In this document: one piece after another, positions 38,364-46,737 of the stretch | How positions within the stretch are numbered: the first letter of the stretch is position 1 | How the letters are laid out: each line of letters opens with the position of its first letter | Position numbers and translations under genes: made by a program | The notes under the pieces: model-generated | Databases searched by the model: none | The model's input: only the letters and a program-made list of their open reading frames with translations | Told to the model about the DNA's origin: nothing | Assembly (NCBI GenBank): GCA_041666745.1 | Contig: JBAYGI010000001.1 | Coordinates: 6,447 to 70,446 of the forward strand | DNA length: 64,000 nucleotides | DNA from: Candidatus Magasanikiibacteriota bacterium | GTDB taxonomy: Bacteria; Patescibacteriota; Patescibacteriia; Magasanikbacterales; GWA2-37-8 | Direction of reading: 5' to 3'

Positions 38364-39128
38364 ATGTACGTTTATCTTTATGACAATTTTTTGCGACAAA
38401 AAAAGTATGATTCGATAATCAAAGCGGTGGAGGTGCGTTTGACAGATTATGGAATTGCCGGAAAAATTTTGCGTTTAAATAATTTTATTGATCCAAAACA
38501 GATTATTGATGATGAAATAAAGCGTGGAGCCAAAACGGTAGTAATAGTTGGCAATGACGCAACCTTTGGATATGTGCTGTCTAGAGCGGCTACCTGCGAC
38601 TGCACTTTTGGGTTTTTGCCGATGGGAGTGAACAATACCATTTCTGAGGTACTTGGTATTCCGGTTGGTGTTGAAGCCTGTGACATATTATCCAAAAGAC
38701 GTAAAGAAAGTTTGGATGTCGGCTGGATGAACAACCGGTATTTTGTTTCTCAGTTGCACATATTACCGGCCAAATTAAAAGTTGTTTACGACGAAAGATT
38801 TGCCGTAACCACCAACGAAAAGATGGAAGTAATAGTCTGCAACTTGCAACCTTATTATTGGAAAAAAGATAAAAAAGACAAGTCAGAAAATGTAGTGCAC
38901 CCGCAAGATGGAAAGTTGGAAGCATTTTTACGCCCATTGACAAAGAAGGGGTGGTGGGGTTATAAATATGAGGATCCAAGTGTGTTTCCTTTTGAAGAAA
39001 TGGAGATTATGTCCAACTCGCCATTCACCGTCGAAGCGGATGGAAAAGTTTCCAAAGAAATAAAAGTAAAAATTAAATTGGCTCATGGAAAAATCGACAT
39101 GGTAGTTGGCAGAAATAGGAAGTTTTAA
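38364..39128 (+). CDS. Diacylglycerol-kinase-like family protein
   Basis: Motifs VIVGNDAT, GFLPMG.NN, LDVG and HPQDGKLE. Confidence 0.75.
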   Translation: MYVYLYDNFLRQKKYDSIIKAVEVRLTDYGIAGKILRLNNFIDPKQIIDDEIKRGAKTVVIVGNDATFGYVLSRAATCDCTFGFLPMGVNNTISEVLGIPVGVEACDILSKRRKESLDVGWMNNRYFVSQLHILPAKLKVVYDERFAVTTNEKMEVIVCNLQPYYWKKDKKDKSENVVHPQDGKLEAFLRPLTKKGWWGYKYEDPSVFPFEEMEIMSNSPFTVEADGKVSKEIKVKIKLAHGKIDMVVGRNRKF

Positions 39129-39134
39129 TTGTAA

Positions 39135-39217
39135 GCCCAGGTGGCGAAATGGTAGACGCACTACCTTGAGGTGGTAGCGGCCGCAAGGCCATGGAAGTTC
39201 AACTCTTCTCCTGGGCA
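39135..39217 (+). tRNA. tRNA-Leu(GAG)
   Basis: Acceptor stem GCCCAGG/CCTGGGC, anticodon arm CTACC-TTGAGGT-GGTAG, long variable arm and TTCAA T-loop; CCA is not encoded. Confidence 0.95.
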
Positions 39218-39231
39218 CTTAAAAATAATAT

Positions 39232-39477
39232 ATGCGTTATTTTATCGGAATCATTTGTGTTTTAGTAGGGGTATTATTGATTCTAAAAACCGAATGGTTT
39301 TTGGCAAATTTTGGTACGGTTGGTTGGGCGGAAGCAAATTTGGGAACTAGCGGTGGTAGTCGTCTGTTTTATAAACTGCTTGGTTTGATAGGCATTTTTA
39401 TCGGATTTTTATTGGTTACCAATATGTTTCAAGGATTTTTAATGGGAACAATTGGTAAAGTATTTGTAAGAGGTTAA
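39232..39477 (+). CDS. Small membrane protein
   Basis: ORF with two hydrophobic segments. Confidence 0.75.
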   Translation: MRYFIGIICVLVGVLLILKTEWFLANFGTVGWAEANLGTSGGSRLFYKLLGLIGIFIGFLLVTNMFQGFLMGTIGKVFVRG

Positions 39478-39480
39478 AAT

Positions 39481-40029
39481 ATGTCACATGCCGGACGCGC
39501 ATTAATCGATCCATTTAGTATTTTTACTAAAATAGGATTGACCAAAGGAATGAAGGTGGCCGATATGGGCTGCGGTCGTACCGGGCATTTTGTTTTTCCG
39601 GCCGCCAGAATAGTTGGTGAGACTGGCATAGTATATGCGGTAGATATTTTGAAAGATGTTTTAGAAAGTATCAGCAGTTGGGTTCGAACTCAAGCTTTGA
39701 GTAATGTTCAAGTGATTTGGTCGGATATTGAAATGGTAAACAAAACACCAATTCCGCCAAAAAGTTTGGACATGTGTTTTTTTATGAACGTATTGTGCGG
39801 ATTAAAAAATAAACCAGGGGCACTATTGGAAGCATCTCGCTTGTTAAAAGATGATGGTCAAATAGTCATAGTGGATTGGTCAAAAAGATTGGGCACATTG
39901 GGTCCGTCAGATGATGCGATAGTTGACCCCAAAAAATTGACTGAGACGGCGGATGAGTGTGGTTTGAAATTAGTAAAAGAAATTTTAGTCAGTGATTATC
40001 ATTATTGTTTGATATTTAAGAAAATTTGA
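39481..40029 (+). CDS. Class I SAM-dependent methyltransferase
   Basis: Motifs VADMGCGRTG and VYAVDI. Confidence 0.85.
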   Translation: MSHAGRALIDPFSIFTKIGLTKGMKVADMGCGRTGHFVFPAARIVGETGIVYAVDILKDVLESISSWVRTQALSNVQVIWSDIEMVNKTPIPPKSLDMCFFMNVLCGLKNKPGALLEASRLLKDDGQIVIVDWSKRLGTLGPSDDAIVDPKKLTETADECGLKLVKEILVSDYHYCLIFKKI

Positions 40030-40031
40030 TT

Positions 40032-40442
40032 ATGCAAATTCAAAATGTGTGGGAAACATCGTATTGGTTTTATCAGCCGTTTATCGCCGTTGGAGGAGTA
40101 AAATGGTTTTGGATTATTAGTTTTTTGGTACTAGTGTTAGCCGGATTAGTCGCCAAAATTGTTCGGATTTATAACAAAAAAATCAGCCAGAGTACTCAAG
40201 AAGTTTTGCGTCGTGCCGGTAATATGCTGATCGTCACCGGATTACTCGGTTTGTTGTGGATATGTTTTCGTCAACAGCAGGTAACATTTTTGGCTTGGAG
40301 ATTTTGGTTGGTTTTGTGGATAATTTTATTTGTTTGGTGGGGTTGGAAAGTTATTTTTTATGCCACCAAAAGATTGCCTTTGATCAATGAAGAACAAGCC
40401 AAGAAGCAATTGATGGGAAAATATTTGCCAAAAAGTAAATAA
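40032..40442 (+). CDS. Membrane protein (about 3 TM helices)
   Basis: Hydrophobic ORF ending KYLPK. Confidence 0.75.
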   Translation: MQIQNVWETSYWFYQPFIAVGGVKWFWIISFLVLVLAGLVAKIVRIYNKKISQSTQEVLRRAGNMLIVTGLLGLLWICFRQQQVTFLAWRFWLVLWIILFVWWGWKVIFYATKRLPLINEEQAKKQLMGKYLPKSK

Positions 40443-40446
40443 TATT

Positions 40447-40806
40447 ATGGATGTGGGGAGGGGAAAAATAATTGGAAAATGGGGAGAAGATCAAGCCTGT
40501 GCCTTTTTAATTCGGCACGGGTTTTTTGTTAAGGAAAGGAATTTTTTTTCTACCGTTGGGGAGTTGGATATTATCGCAGAAAAAGGCGGTGATTATTATT
40601 TTGTTGAAGTGAAAACGCGCGCGGAAGGTGATTTGGCTAGCGACTTGGCGATCACTCAAGCAAAAAAACACAAATTGGAAAAAACCGTGCGTAAATATTG
40701 TTATCAGCGCAATATCGAAGAAACCGGTATAATGTTGGCCGGTTTGCTGGTGGTGTATAATCGTTTTTTGCAAAAGACATCTTTTCGTTTTGTAGTATTT
40801 AGCTAA
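40447..40806 (+). CDS. yraN: YraN/UPF0102 family PD-(D/E)xK protein
   Basis: Motifs GKWGE, GELDII and FVEVKTR. Confidence 0.88.
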   Translation: MDVGRGKIIGKWGEDQACAFLIRHGFFVKERNFFSTVGELDIIAEKGGDYYFVEVKTRAEGDLASDLAITQAKKHKLEKTVRKYCYQRNIEETGIMLAGLLVVYNRFLQKTSFRFVVFS

Positions 40807-40869
40807 ATATTGACAAAATCTTGAAAATTCATTAAAATTAAGCCAAATTTATTATTAATTGTAAACACT

Positions 40870-41472
40870 ATGAATTTACCACAAAAAGAGCGATCGTTTG
40901 TCGCTATCAAGCCGGACGGAGTCCAAAGATCATTGATCGGTGAAATTATTCAACGACTGGAAAAAACCGGTTTAAAATTGGTGGCTTTAAAAATGGTGGT
41001 GGCTACTGAAGATATGCTTTTGACTCACTACAACAAAGATGATAAATGGTATGAAGAAAAAGGTAGTGTTGTGGTGAAAAATCGTCAGGCGGCCGGGTTG
41101 GCGGTAGAAAAGCCGGCGCTGGAATATGGAAAAGATATTATTCGGGCTTTGGTGAAATTTATGAGTTGCAGTCCGGTGGTTGCGATGGTTTGGGAAGGAA
41201 ACCAAGCGGTGGGAATAGTGAAAAAAATAGTTGGCGGTACCGAACCTTTGACTTCTGACGTTGGCACTATTCGCGGTGATCTCACTTTGGATTCTTATGA
41301 ATTGTCCAATCTCGATGGTCGGGCGGTTCGCAATTTGATTCACTGTTCAGATAAACCGGAAGAGGCTTTGCGTGAAATGCAGATTTGGTTTAAGGAAAAT
41401 GAATTGGTAAATTATCGGTTGGTGCAGGAACAGGTGTTGTATGATGTGAATATTGATGGGTTGTTGGAATAA
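40870..41472 (+). CDS. ndk: Nucleoside diphosphate kinase
   Basis: Motifs IKPDGVQRSLIGEII, GTIRGD and NLIHCSD. Confidence 0.95.
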   Translation: MNLPQKERSFVAIKPDGVQRSLIGEIIQRLEKTGLKLVALKMVVATEDMLLTHYNKDDKWYEEKGSVVVKNRQAAGLAVEKPALEYGKDIIRALVKFMSCSPVVAMVWEGNQAVGIVKKIVGGTEPLTSDVGTIRGDLTLDSYELSNLDGRAVRNLIHCSDKPEEALREMQIWFKENELVNYRLVQEQVLYDVNIDGLLE

Positions 41473-41473
41473 A

Positions 41474-41515
41474 AAATAAAAATACAGGGTACAATCGTAC
41501 CCTGTATTTTTATTT
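41474..41515. terminator. Bidirectional terminator
   Basis: AAATAAAAATACAGGGTAC/GTACCCTGTATTTTTATTT. Confidence 0.8.
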
Positions 41516-41521
41516 GTTTTT

Positions 41522-41881
41522 TTAAATTTTTGTTTTGAAGAAGTTTATGATTTCTTCTTGGCCTTTGTAACAATTTATTCCATCCCAGTAGAGCGGTACG
41601 GTCATGCCGTCTTGGTTGTTTAATCCGCATTGATTCCAGATTTTGGTCATTAGGATTAGGTTGTCTTGGTTGTGCCAAACTTCTTTTTTGCTGAAGGTGA
41701 GTTTTTTATCAACATTGTTGGCGACGATAAAATCATCGACTATTTTGCAATGTGGACAGCCATCGCCAAAAAATAGGATTGATTCTTTTGGTATGCCCGC
41801 AACTTTGCTTGGCGAAAAAATCAACCAAATCGCAAAGGCGACAATGACAATGGTTATGATGTATGGGATAGCTTTTTTCAT
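41522..41881 (-). CDS. Membrane-anchored glutaredoxin/thioredoxin-like protein
   Basis: CPHC motif, cis-Pro motif TVP and an N-terminal TM helix. Confidence 0.8.
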   Translation of the reverse strand: MKKAIPYIITIVIVAFAIWLIFSPSKVAGIPKESILFFGDGCPHCKIVDDFIVANNVDKKLTFSKKEVWHNQDNLILMTKIWNQCGLNNQDGMTVPLYWDGINCYKGQEEIINFFKTKI

Positions 41882-41890
41882 TGGGATCGT

Positions 41891-42064
41891 TTAGGCTTTT
41901 TTGGAAGCGGTACGTCGGCAAGATGAACAAGCTTTTACTTTTTCTTTTCCAACCAAAAGTAATTGGAGATTTGGGTGTTGACGGCGTGGTACGCGGCGTT
42001 TACTGTGACTAACGTGATTGGCGCGAGCGCTGGTTTTGCCGCAAACTGTACAAGATTTACTCAT
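41891..42064 (-). CDS. rpmB: 50S ribosomal protein L28 (57 aa, below the ORF-track cutoff)
   Basis: Hand translation MSKSCTVCGKTSARANHVSHSKRRVPRRQHPNLQ...ACSSCRRT. Confidence 0.93.
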   Translation of the reverse strand: MSKSCTVCGKTSARANHVSHSKRRVPRRQHPNLQLLLVGKEKVKACSSCRRTASKKA

Positions 42065-42160
42065 AAAATTGATTATTTAAAGGGATTAGGATATAATTGA
42101 TGATGAAATTATATTAAATAATCAGCCTTTTGTCAATAGAAAGCTTAATTTAAAGCCAAT

Positions 42161-42763
42161 ATGGATTTTGTTTCTTTGTTATTTTACTTCATAGTTATCA
42201 TTCCGTCGGCTATCATTCACGAATACGCCCATGGTTGGATGGCTTATCAGCTCGGTGATCCTACCGCCAAATACGCCGGCAGGCTCACTATCGACCCACG
42301 TGCTCACATAGATAAGTGGGGAACGATCATTTTGCCGATTGGCCTGTTTCTGCTTACACGTGGGAGTTTTTTGTTTGCTTATGCCAAACCGGTGCCATAT
42401 AATCCCTACAATCTAAAAGATCAAAAATGGGGACCGGCATTGGTGGGTATTGCCGGACCGGTAGCGAATCTTTTGTTGGCTACTTGTTTTGCGATTTTGT
42501 TTCGACTATCTCCAAGTAGTCTGTTCGCTCCATTTTTTGAAATCATTGTTTATGCCAATGTTGTTTTGATGGTTTTCAATTTGTTGCCAATTCCGCCGTT
42601 GGATGGTTCGAAAATTTTGTATGCGGTATTGCCATCCTCGGCTTACAATATCCGCGCTTTTTTGGATCGCTATGGTTTTATTATCTTGATGTTTTTTGTT
42701 TTCTTTTTATTCGATGCTGTCCGTCCGATTATTGATATAATAATTCGATTGTTGATTGGTTGA
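42161..42763 (+). CDS. Site-2 protease (M50 family)
   Basis: Motifs HEYAH, AGPVAN and NLLPIPPLDG. Confidence 0.92.
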   Translation: MDFVSLLFYFIVIIPSAIIHEYAHGWMAYQLGDPTAKYAGRLTIDPRAHIDKWGTIILPIGLFLLTRGSFLFAYAKPVPYNPYNLKDQKWGPALVGIAGPVANLLLATCFAILFRLSPSSLFAPFFEIIVYANVVLMVFNLLPIPPLDGSKILYAVLPSSAYNIRAFLDRYGFIILMFFVFFLFDAVRPIIDIIIRLLIG

Positions 42764-42765
42764 TT

Positions 42766-43965
42766 ATGTTGCCAATATTATCCGTTTCAGAATTTATCGA
42801 GCAAGTAAACGGAATTATTGCCGGGGAGTTTATTATTGAAGGTGAAGTTTCACAATATAAAATATCTCAAGGTAAATGGATTTTTTTTGATCTCAAAGAT
42901 GATAGAGCGGTAGTAAATTGTTTTGCTACTGTTTTTAGTTTAACGCAACCTTTGGAAGATGGCATGAAAATACGGGTGTTGGGCTATCCAAAAGTTCATG
43001 ACAAAAGCGGACGGTTTAGTGTGACAGTGCAAAAAGTGGAATTGGTAGGTGAGGGGAGTTTGAAAAAAGCTTATTTACTTTTGAAAAAGAAGTTGGAGGA
43101 TGAAGGTTTGTTTGCGAAAGAAAGAAAACGTGTTTTGCCGTATTTGCCAAAAAAAATCGGAGTGATTGCGTCGCGTGACAGCGCGGCGTTTGGGGATTTT
43201 GTTCGGATTTTGAATAATCGTTGGAGTGGAATAGAGATAAATATTTATCATGTGGCGGTGCAGGGGGAGCAAGCGGTGAGTGAAATTGCACAAGCGTTTA
43301 ATTTTTTTAATACGACGGATACCGATTGTGATGTGCTGGTTTTGATTCGTGGTGGCGGTTCGCTGGAAGATTTGGCGGCTTTTAATAATGAAATGGTGGT
43401 GAAAGCGGTGTATGGTAGTAAAATTCCGGTGATCTGCGGAGTGGGGCACGAACGTGATGAATCACTTTGTGATTTTGTAGCTGATGTGCGCGCTTCGACT
43501 CCCTCCAATGCCGCCGAAATAGTTGTGCCGGATAAACATGATTTTATTTCTGAATTGGATTTTTCTCTGGAACATATTTTTGGCTCTATGCAAAATAAGA
43601 TTTTGCGCCATCGTCGTTTGGTGGAACAAAGTTTTTATACAATCTCGTCGGTGTTGGAAGCGCCGTTGCAAAAGTGTCGTAGTTTGATGGAAAATTTTAA
43701 AAGAGCGCCTTTGGTTTTGCAAAATAATCTATCTGCTTATCAGGCTTTTGTTTTGTCCGCTCAGAGGTTGTTTAAAAATGTTGATCCTAAGCGGGTGTTG
43801 AAGCGTGGGTATAGTATTGCGCGGGATATGCGGGGGGTGATTGTGCGGAGCGCTAGGCAGTTGGACGTGGGGAGTGAATTTGTGGTAGAATTTGGGGAAG
43901 GGGTGGTGATGGCGGAGAATTTGGGGTTAGACAAAAAAGCTAGGAAACAGGCTAAATTATTATAA
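42766..43965 (+). CDS. xseA: Exodeoxyribonuclease VII large subunit
   Basis: Motifs RGGGSLEDL, GVGHERD and RASTPS. Confidence 0.95.
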   Translation: MLPILSVSEFIEQVNGIIAGEFIIEGEVSQYKISQGKWIFFDLKDDRAVVNCFATVFSLTQPLEDGMKIRVLGYPKVHDKSGRFSVTVQKVELVGEGSLKKAYLLLKKKLEDEGLFAKERKRVLPYLPKKIGVIASRDSAAFGDFVRILNNRWSGIEINIYHVAVQGEQAVSEIAQAFNFFNTTDTDCDVLVLIRGGGSLEDLAAFNNEMVVKAVYGSKIPVICGVGHERDESLCDFVADVRASTPSNAAEIVVPDKHDFISELDFSLEHIFGSMQNKILRHRRLVEQSFYTISSVLEAPLQKCRSLMENFKRAPLVLQNNLSAYQAFVLSAQRLFKNVDPKRVLKRGYSIARDMRGVIVRSARQLDVGSEFVVEFGEGVVMAENLGLDKKARKQAKLL

Positions 43966-44138
43966 ATATTTTTTATTCGTTCACAGTGAAAATACTCGGT
44001 ATAATTTGTGACTCGTGTAGCTCTGGCTCTGAACTCGCCTGAGGGCTCAAACAGCAGAGCCAGACACGCTACACTTGTCTACAAATTATTCCTCGTATTT
44101 TCAATGTTCACTCATTAAAAAATATTTATAATAATTTA
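43953..44138. repeat. 186 bp imperfect palindrome between xseA and xseB
   Basis: Perfect 22 bp outer stem TAAATTATTATAAATATTTTTT with nested stems to the centre. Confidence 0.85.
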
Positions 44139-44155
44139 CACTATTTATTTTTTTT

Positions 44156-44347
44156 ATGAATGCTGATAGGAAATTTAATTTTGCGAAGTCTTACCAAGAA
44201 TTGCAAAAGATTGTGGAGTGGTTTGAGAAGGAAGATGTGGATTTGGAGGAGGGTATCGCCAAATTTGAGGATGGGGCGAAGATTGTGAAGGAGTTGAAAG
44301 AATATTTGGAAAAAATGGAAAATAGGATTAAGGAATTAAAAAAATAA
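44156..44347 (+). CDS. xseB: Exodeoxyribonuclease VII small subunit
   Basis: F...YQELQKIV..E...DLEEGIAKFEDG. Confidence 0.9.
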   Translation: MNADRKFNFAKSYQELQKIVEWFEKEDVDLEEGIAKFEDGAKIVKELKEYLEKMENRIKELKK

Positions 44348-44351
44348 TTTT

Positions 44352-44690
44352 ATGTCTTTACTTTTACGTTGGTTGTTGGGCGCTTTGTCGCTCGTGTTGG
44401 TTACTTATTTGGTGCCGGGGATTAATGTGGCTAGTTTTTATACAGCTTTAATCGCCGCGTTGGTTTTGGGGTTAATAAATTGTTTAGTTAAACCGATTTT
44501 GGTCTTACTCACCCTGCCGGTAAATATTTTAACATTGGGATTGTTTACTTTGGTTATTAATGCCTTGTTGTTTTGGTTGGCCGCGACCATTGTGAAAGGT
44601 TTTGGAGTGGCAGGATTTTGGCCGGCTTTTTGGGGAGCATTGGTAATGTCAGTGGTGAGTTGGATTTTAAATGCAATTTTTAATAAATAA
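44352..44690 (+). CDS. YvlD-like 4-TM 'phage holin family' protein
   Basis: VKPILVLLTLPVNILTLGLFTLVINA. Confidence 0.88.
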   Translation: MSLLLRWLLGALSLVLVTYLVPGINVASFYTALIAALVLGLINCLVKPILVLLTLPVNILTLGLFTLVINALLFWLAATIVKGFGVAGFWPAFWGALVMSVVSWILNAIFNK

Positions 44691-44839
44691 TTGTGTGAAA
44701 AATTACTCCAGCAATCGCGCGCAAAAGGGAAAGACGGCTTATCGGACGCCGAGTATGTTTAAGGCTAATAAGGCGATTAATTACGCGGATATGAAAGCGC
44801 GCACGGATAATCTAAAAAATAAAGTAGTTAAAAATTATT

Positions 44840-45532
44840 ATGAAAGATAAAAATAAAATTGTAGTGCTGTCATTGGGCGGTTCGCTGATTGTTCCCAAAA
44901 CTGGTTTTGATTTGGATTTTATTAAAAATTTTAAGTCATTTATTTTAAAACAGATTAAAAATGGTTTCAAGTTTGTGATTGTTTGTGGTGGAGGCAATAC
45001 AGCGCGAGTGTATCAGGCGGCGGCCAGAGAAGTGGGGAATTTGCTTAGCGATGATATCGATTGGATAGGTATTCACGCCACCCGTCTTAATGCTCATTTT
45101 ATTCGCACGATTTTTCGCGAGTGGGCACATCCGATTGTAGTAAAAAATCCCACAGTTAAATTGCAATGGAAAAAACCACTGTTAATAGCCGCCGGTTGGA
45201 AGCCGGGTTGGTCAACCGATTATGACGCGGTAAAATTAGCGACGATGTATGGTGCTTCCACAGTAGTGAATTTGTCCAATATCGAATATGTTTATGACAA
45301 AGATCCGAACAAATTTAAAGACGCGAAAAAAATAGAAAAAATAAGTTGGAAAGATTTTAGAAAAATTGTCGGGAACAAATGGGTGCCGGGGGCGAATCTG
45401 CCGTTTGATCCGATTGCTAGTCGTGAGGCACAGAAACACAAGATAAAAGTGGCGGTAATAAAAGGGGATAGTTTTGAGGAGATGGAAAATGTGTTGACTG
45501 GTAAACAATTTAAAGGAACTTTTATTTATTAA
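44840..45532 (+). CDS. pyrH: UMP kinase (archaeal-type)
   Basis: Motifs VLSLGGS, VCGGGNTAR.YQ, PGWSTD and VYDKDP. Confidence 0.9.
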   Translation: MKDKNKIVVLSLGGSLIVPKTGFDLDFIKNFKSFILKQIKNGFKFVIVCGGGNTARVYQAAAREVGNLLSDDIDWIGIHATRLNAHFIRTIFREWAHPIVVKNPTVKLQWKKPLLIAAGWKPGWSTDYDAVKLATMYGASTVVNLSNIEYVYDKDPNKFKDAKKIEKISWKDFRKIVGNKWVPGANLPFDPIASREAQKHKIKVAVIKGDSFEEMENVLTGKQFKGTFIY

Positions 45533-45542
45533 TTTAACCAAT

Positions 45543-45755
45543 ATGCTCAAAAAGTTCACGGATTTAAAAAAGCATCACCAGTTGTTTTTCTCACTAATCA
45601 TCATGTCCGGTATGATCTGTATGTGGCGAGGGGTCTGGGGTTTGTTGGATATGTTTTTGTTTACAGGTTCTCCATTGTATAGTTATTCCCTTTCGTTTAT
45701 AATAGGCGTAGGTGTCATTTGTTTGATGCATTATACGATTGACAAGATTGTTTGA
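45543..45755 (+). CDS. Small membrane protein
   Basis: WRGVWGLLD motif and two TM helices. Confidence 0.7.
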   Translation: MLKKFTDLKKHHQLFFSLIIMSGMICMWRGVWGLLDMFLFTGSPLYSYSLSFIIGVGVICLMHYTIDKIV

Positions 45756-45786
45756 ATGGAAATTCACGTTGTGTTATACTTACAGT

Positions 45787-46659
45787 ATGATTTTGAATGA
45801 TTTAACGAAATTGGCACAGAAGGGTTCACAAGAGCCGGTGTTTTTGTGGTTGGAGGAATATAAGGAAATCGCGATTAAGTTGGTTCCTGACCTAAATAAA
45901 ATAGCCGATGATTTAGATGCAAAGACCGAGGCGTATAAAAACATCAAAATACTTGTTAAAAATTTGGAAAAGGATACGCCCAACGATCATGATTTGGCGC
46001 AGGCATTGTCGCATGTGGCCGACATGTTTCGTGAAAATCCGGACGCGGAAAATCAGGAAGCGATAAACGAATATATCCGTTTGGTAATGAAATTTGACAG
46101 TTTGGCTTTGGTGGCTGAATTTGCCGATCAATCCAGGCAAAAATTGCTTGACAGATTATCCGCGGAAGAACAAAACAAATATGACAAACGGCTTTTGGAA
46201 CACGAGGGGATGATTTATTGTTTGGAATATTATTTGGCGATGTATAAAGCCATAGAAACCGCCAAAACAGAACAAGAAAAAAAGACATTTATAGAAAGTA
46301 TGGAAGTGAATTTGGGTTTTGGCAATGTGCCCGGACTGTGGATCGATTTTAGCAAAGATGAAGTGCTTGGCAAGTTTATATACTTGATTTTAAACGACAA
46401 AACACGCAATGATTTAATAAAAGTGTATTTTAAATTTAGAAATATTATTTTGAAAATTAAAATGGATTGCGACAAAAAGCGTGTCTGCGCGGCGGACTAC
46501 AAAATGGTTGGTCTAAATGAAGTTGTGACGGAATTTAGAGAATATGTTTTGGGTTTGTTGCGGATTTATCACGAAGCGGGTGTAAAGCGATTGGCAAGTT
46601 TCTTTTTTAAACCGTATGGCGACAAACCGTTAATTGAAGAAGTAATAAAAAAAGTATGA
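45787..46659 (+). CDS. Hypothetical helical protein
   Basis: Long ORF; ATG 45787 follows TGTTATACT (extended -10). Confidence 0.75.
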   Translation: MILNDLTKLAQKGSQEPVFLWLEEYKEIAIKLVPDLNKIADDLDAKTEAYKNIKILVKNLEKDTPNDHDLAQALSHVADMFRENPDAENQEAINEYIRLVMKFDSLALVAEFADQSRQKLLDRLSAEEQNKYDKRLLEHEGMIYCLEYYLAMYKAIETAKTEQEKKTFIESMEVNLGFGNVPGLWIDFSKDEVLGKFIYLILNDKTRNDLIKVYFKFRNIILKIKMDCDKKRVCAADYKMVGLNEVVTEFREYVLGLLRIYHEAGVKRLASFFFKPYGDKPLIEEVIKKV

Positions 46660-46737
46660 CAGGTTTAGTTTTTTTGGAATATCCGCAGTGATTTTTTATA
46701 ATTGTTTTATTTTTTTAAAAATATTTAATTATTTTAT

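Noticed and set aside
39135-39231. tRNA-Leu as an integration site
   Set aside because: I saw no duplicated tRNA 3' end and no integrase nearby.
44352-44690. Prophage, suggested by the 'phage holin family' gene
   Set aside because: YvlD-like proteins are common chromosomal genes, and no other phage genes are present.
44691-44839. Somewhat GC-richer spacer before pyrH, possible gene remnant or small ORF
   Set aside because: Only short frames with no recognisable motif or convincing structure; cannot be supported.
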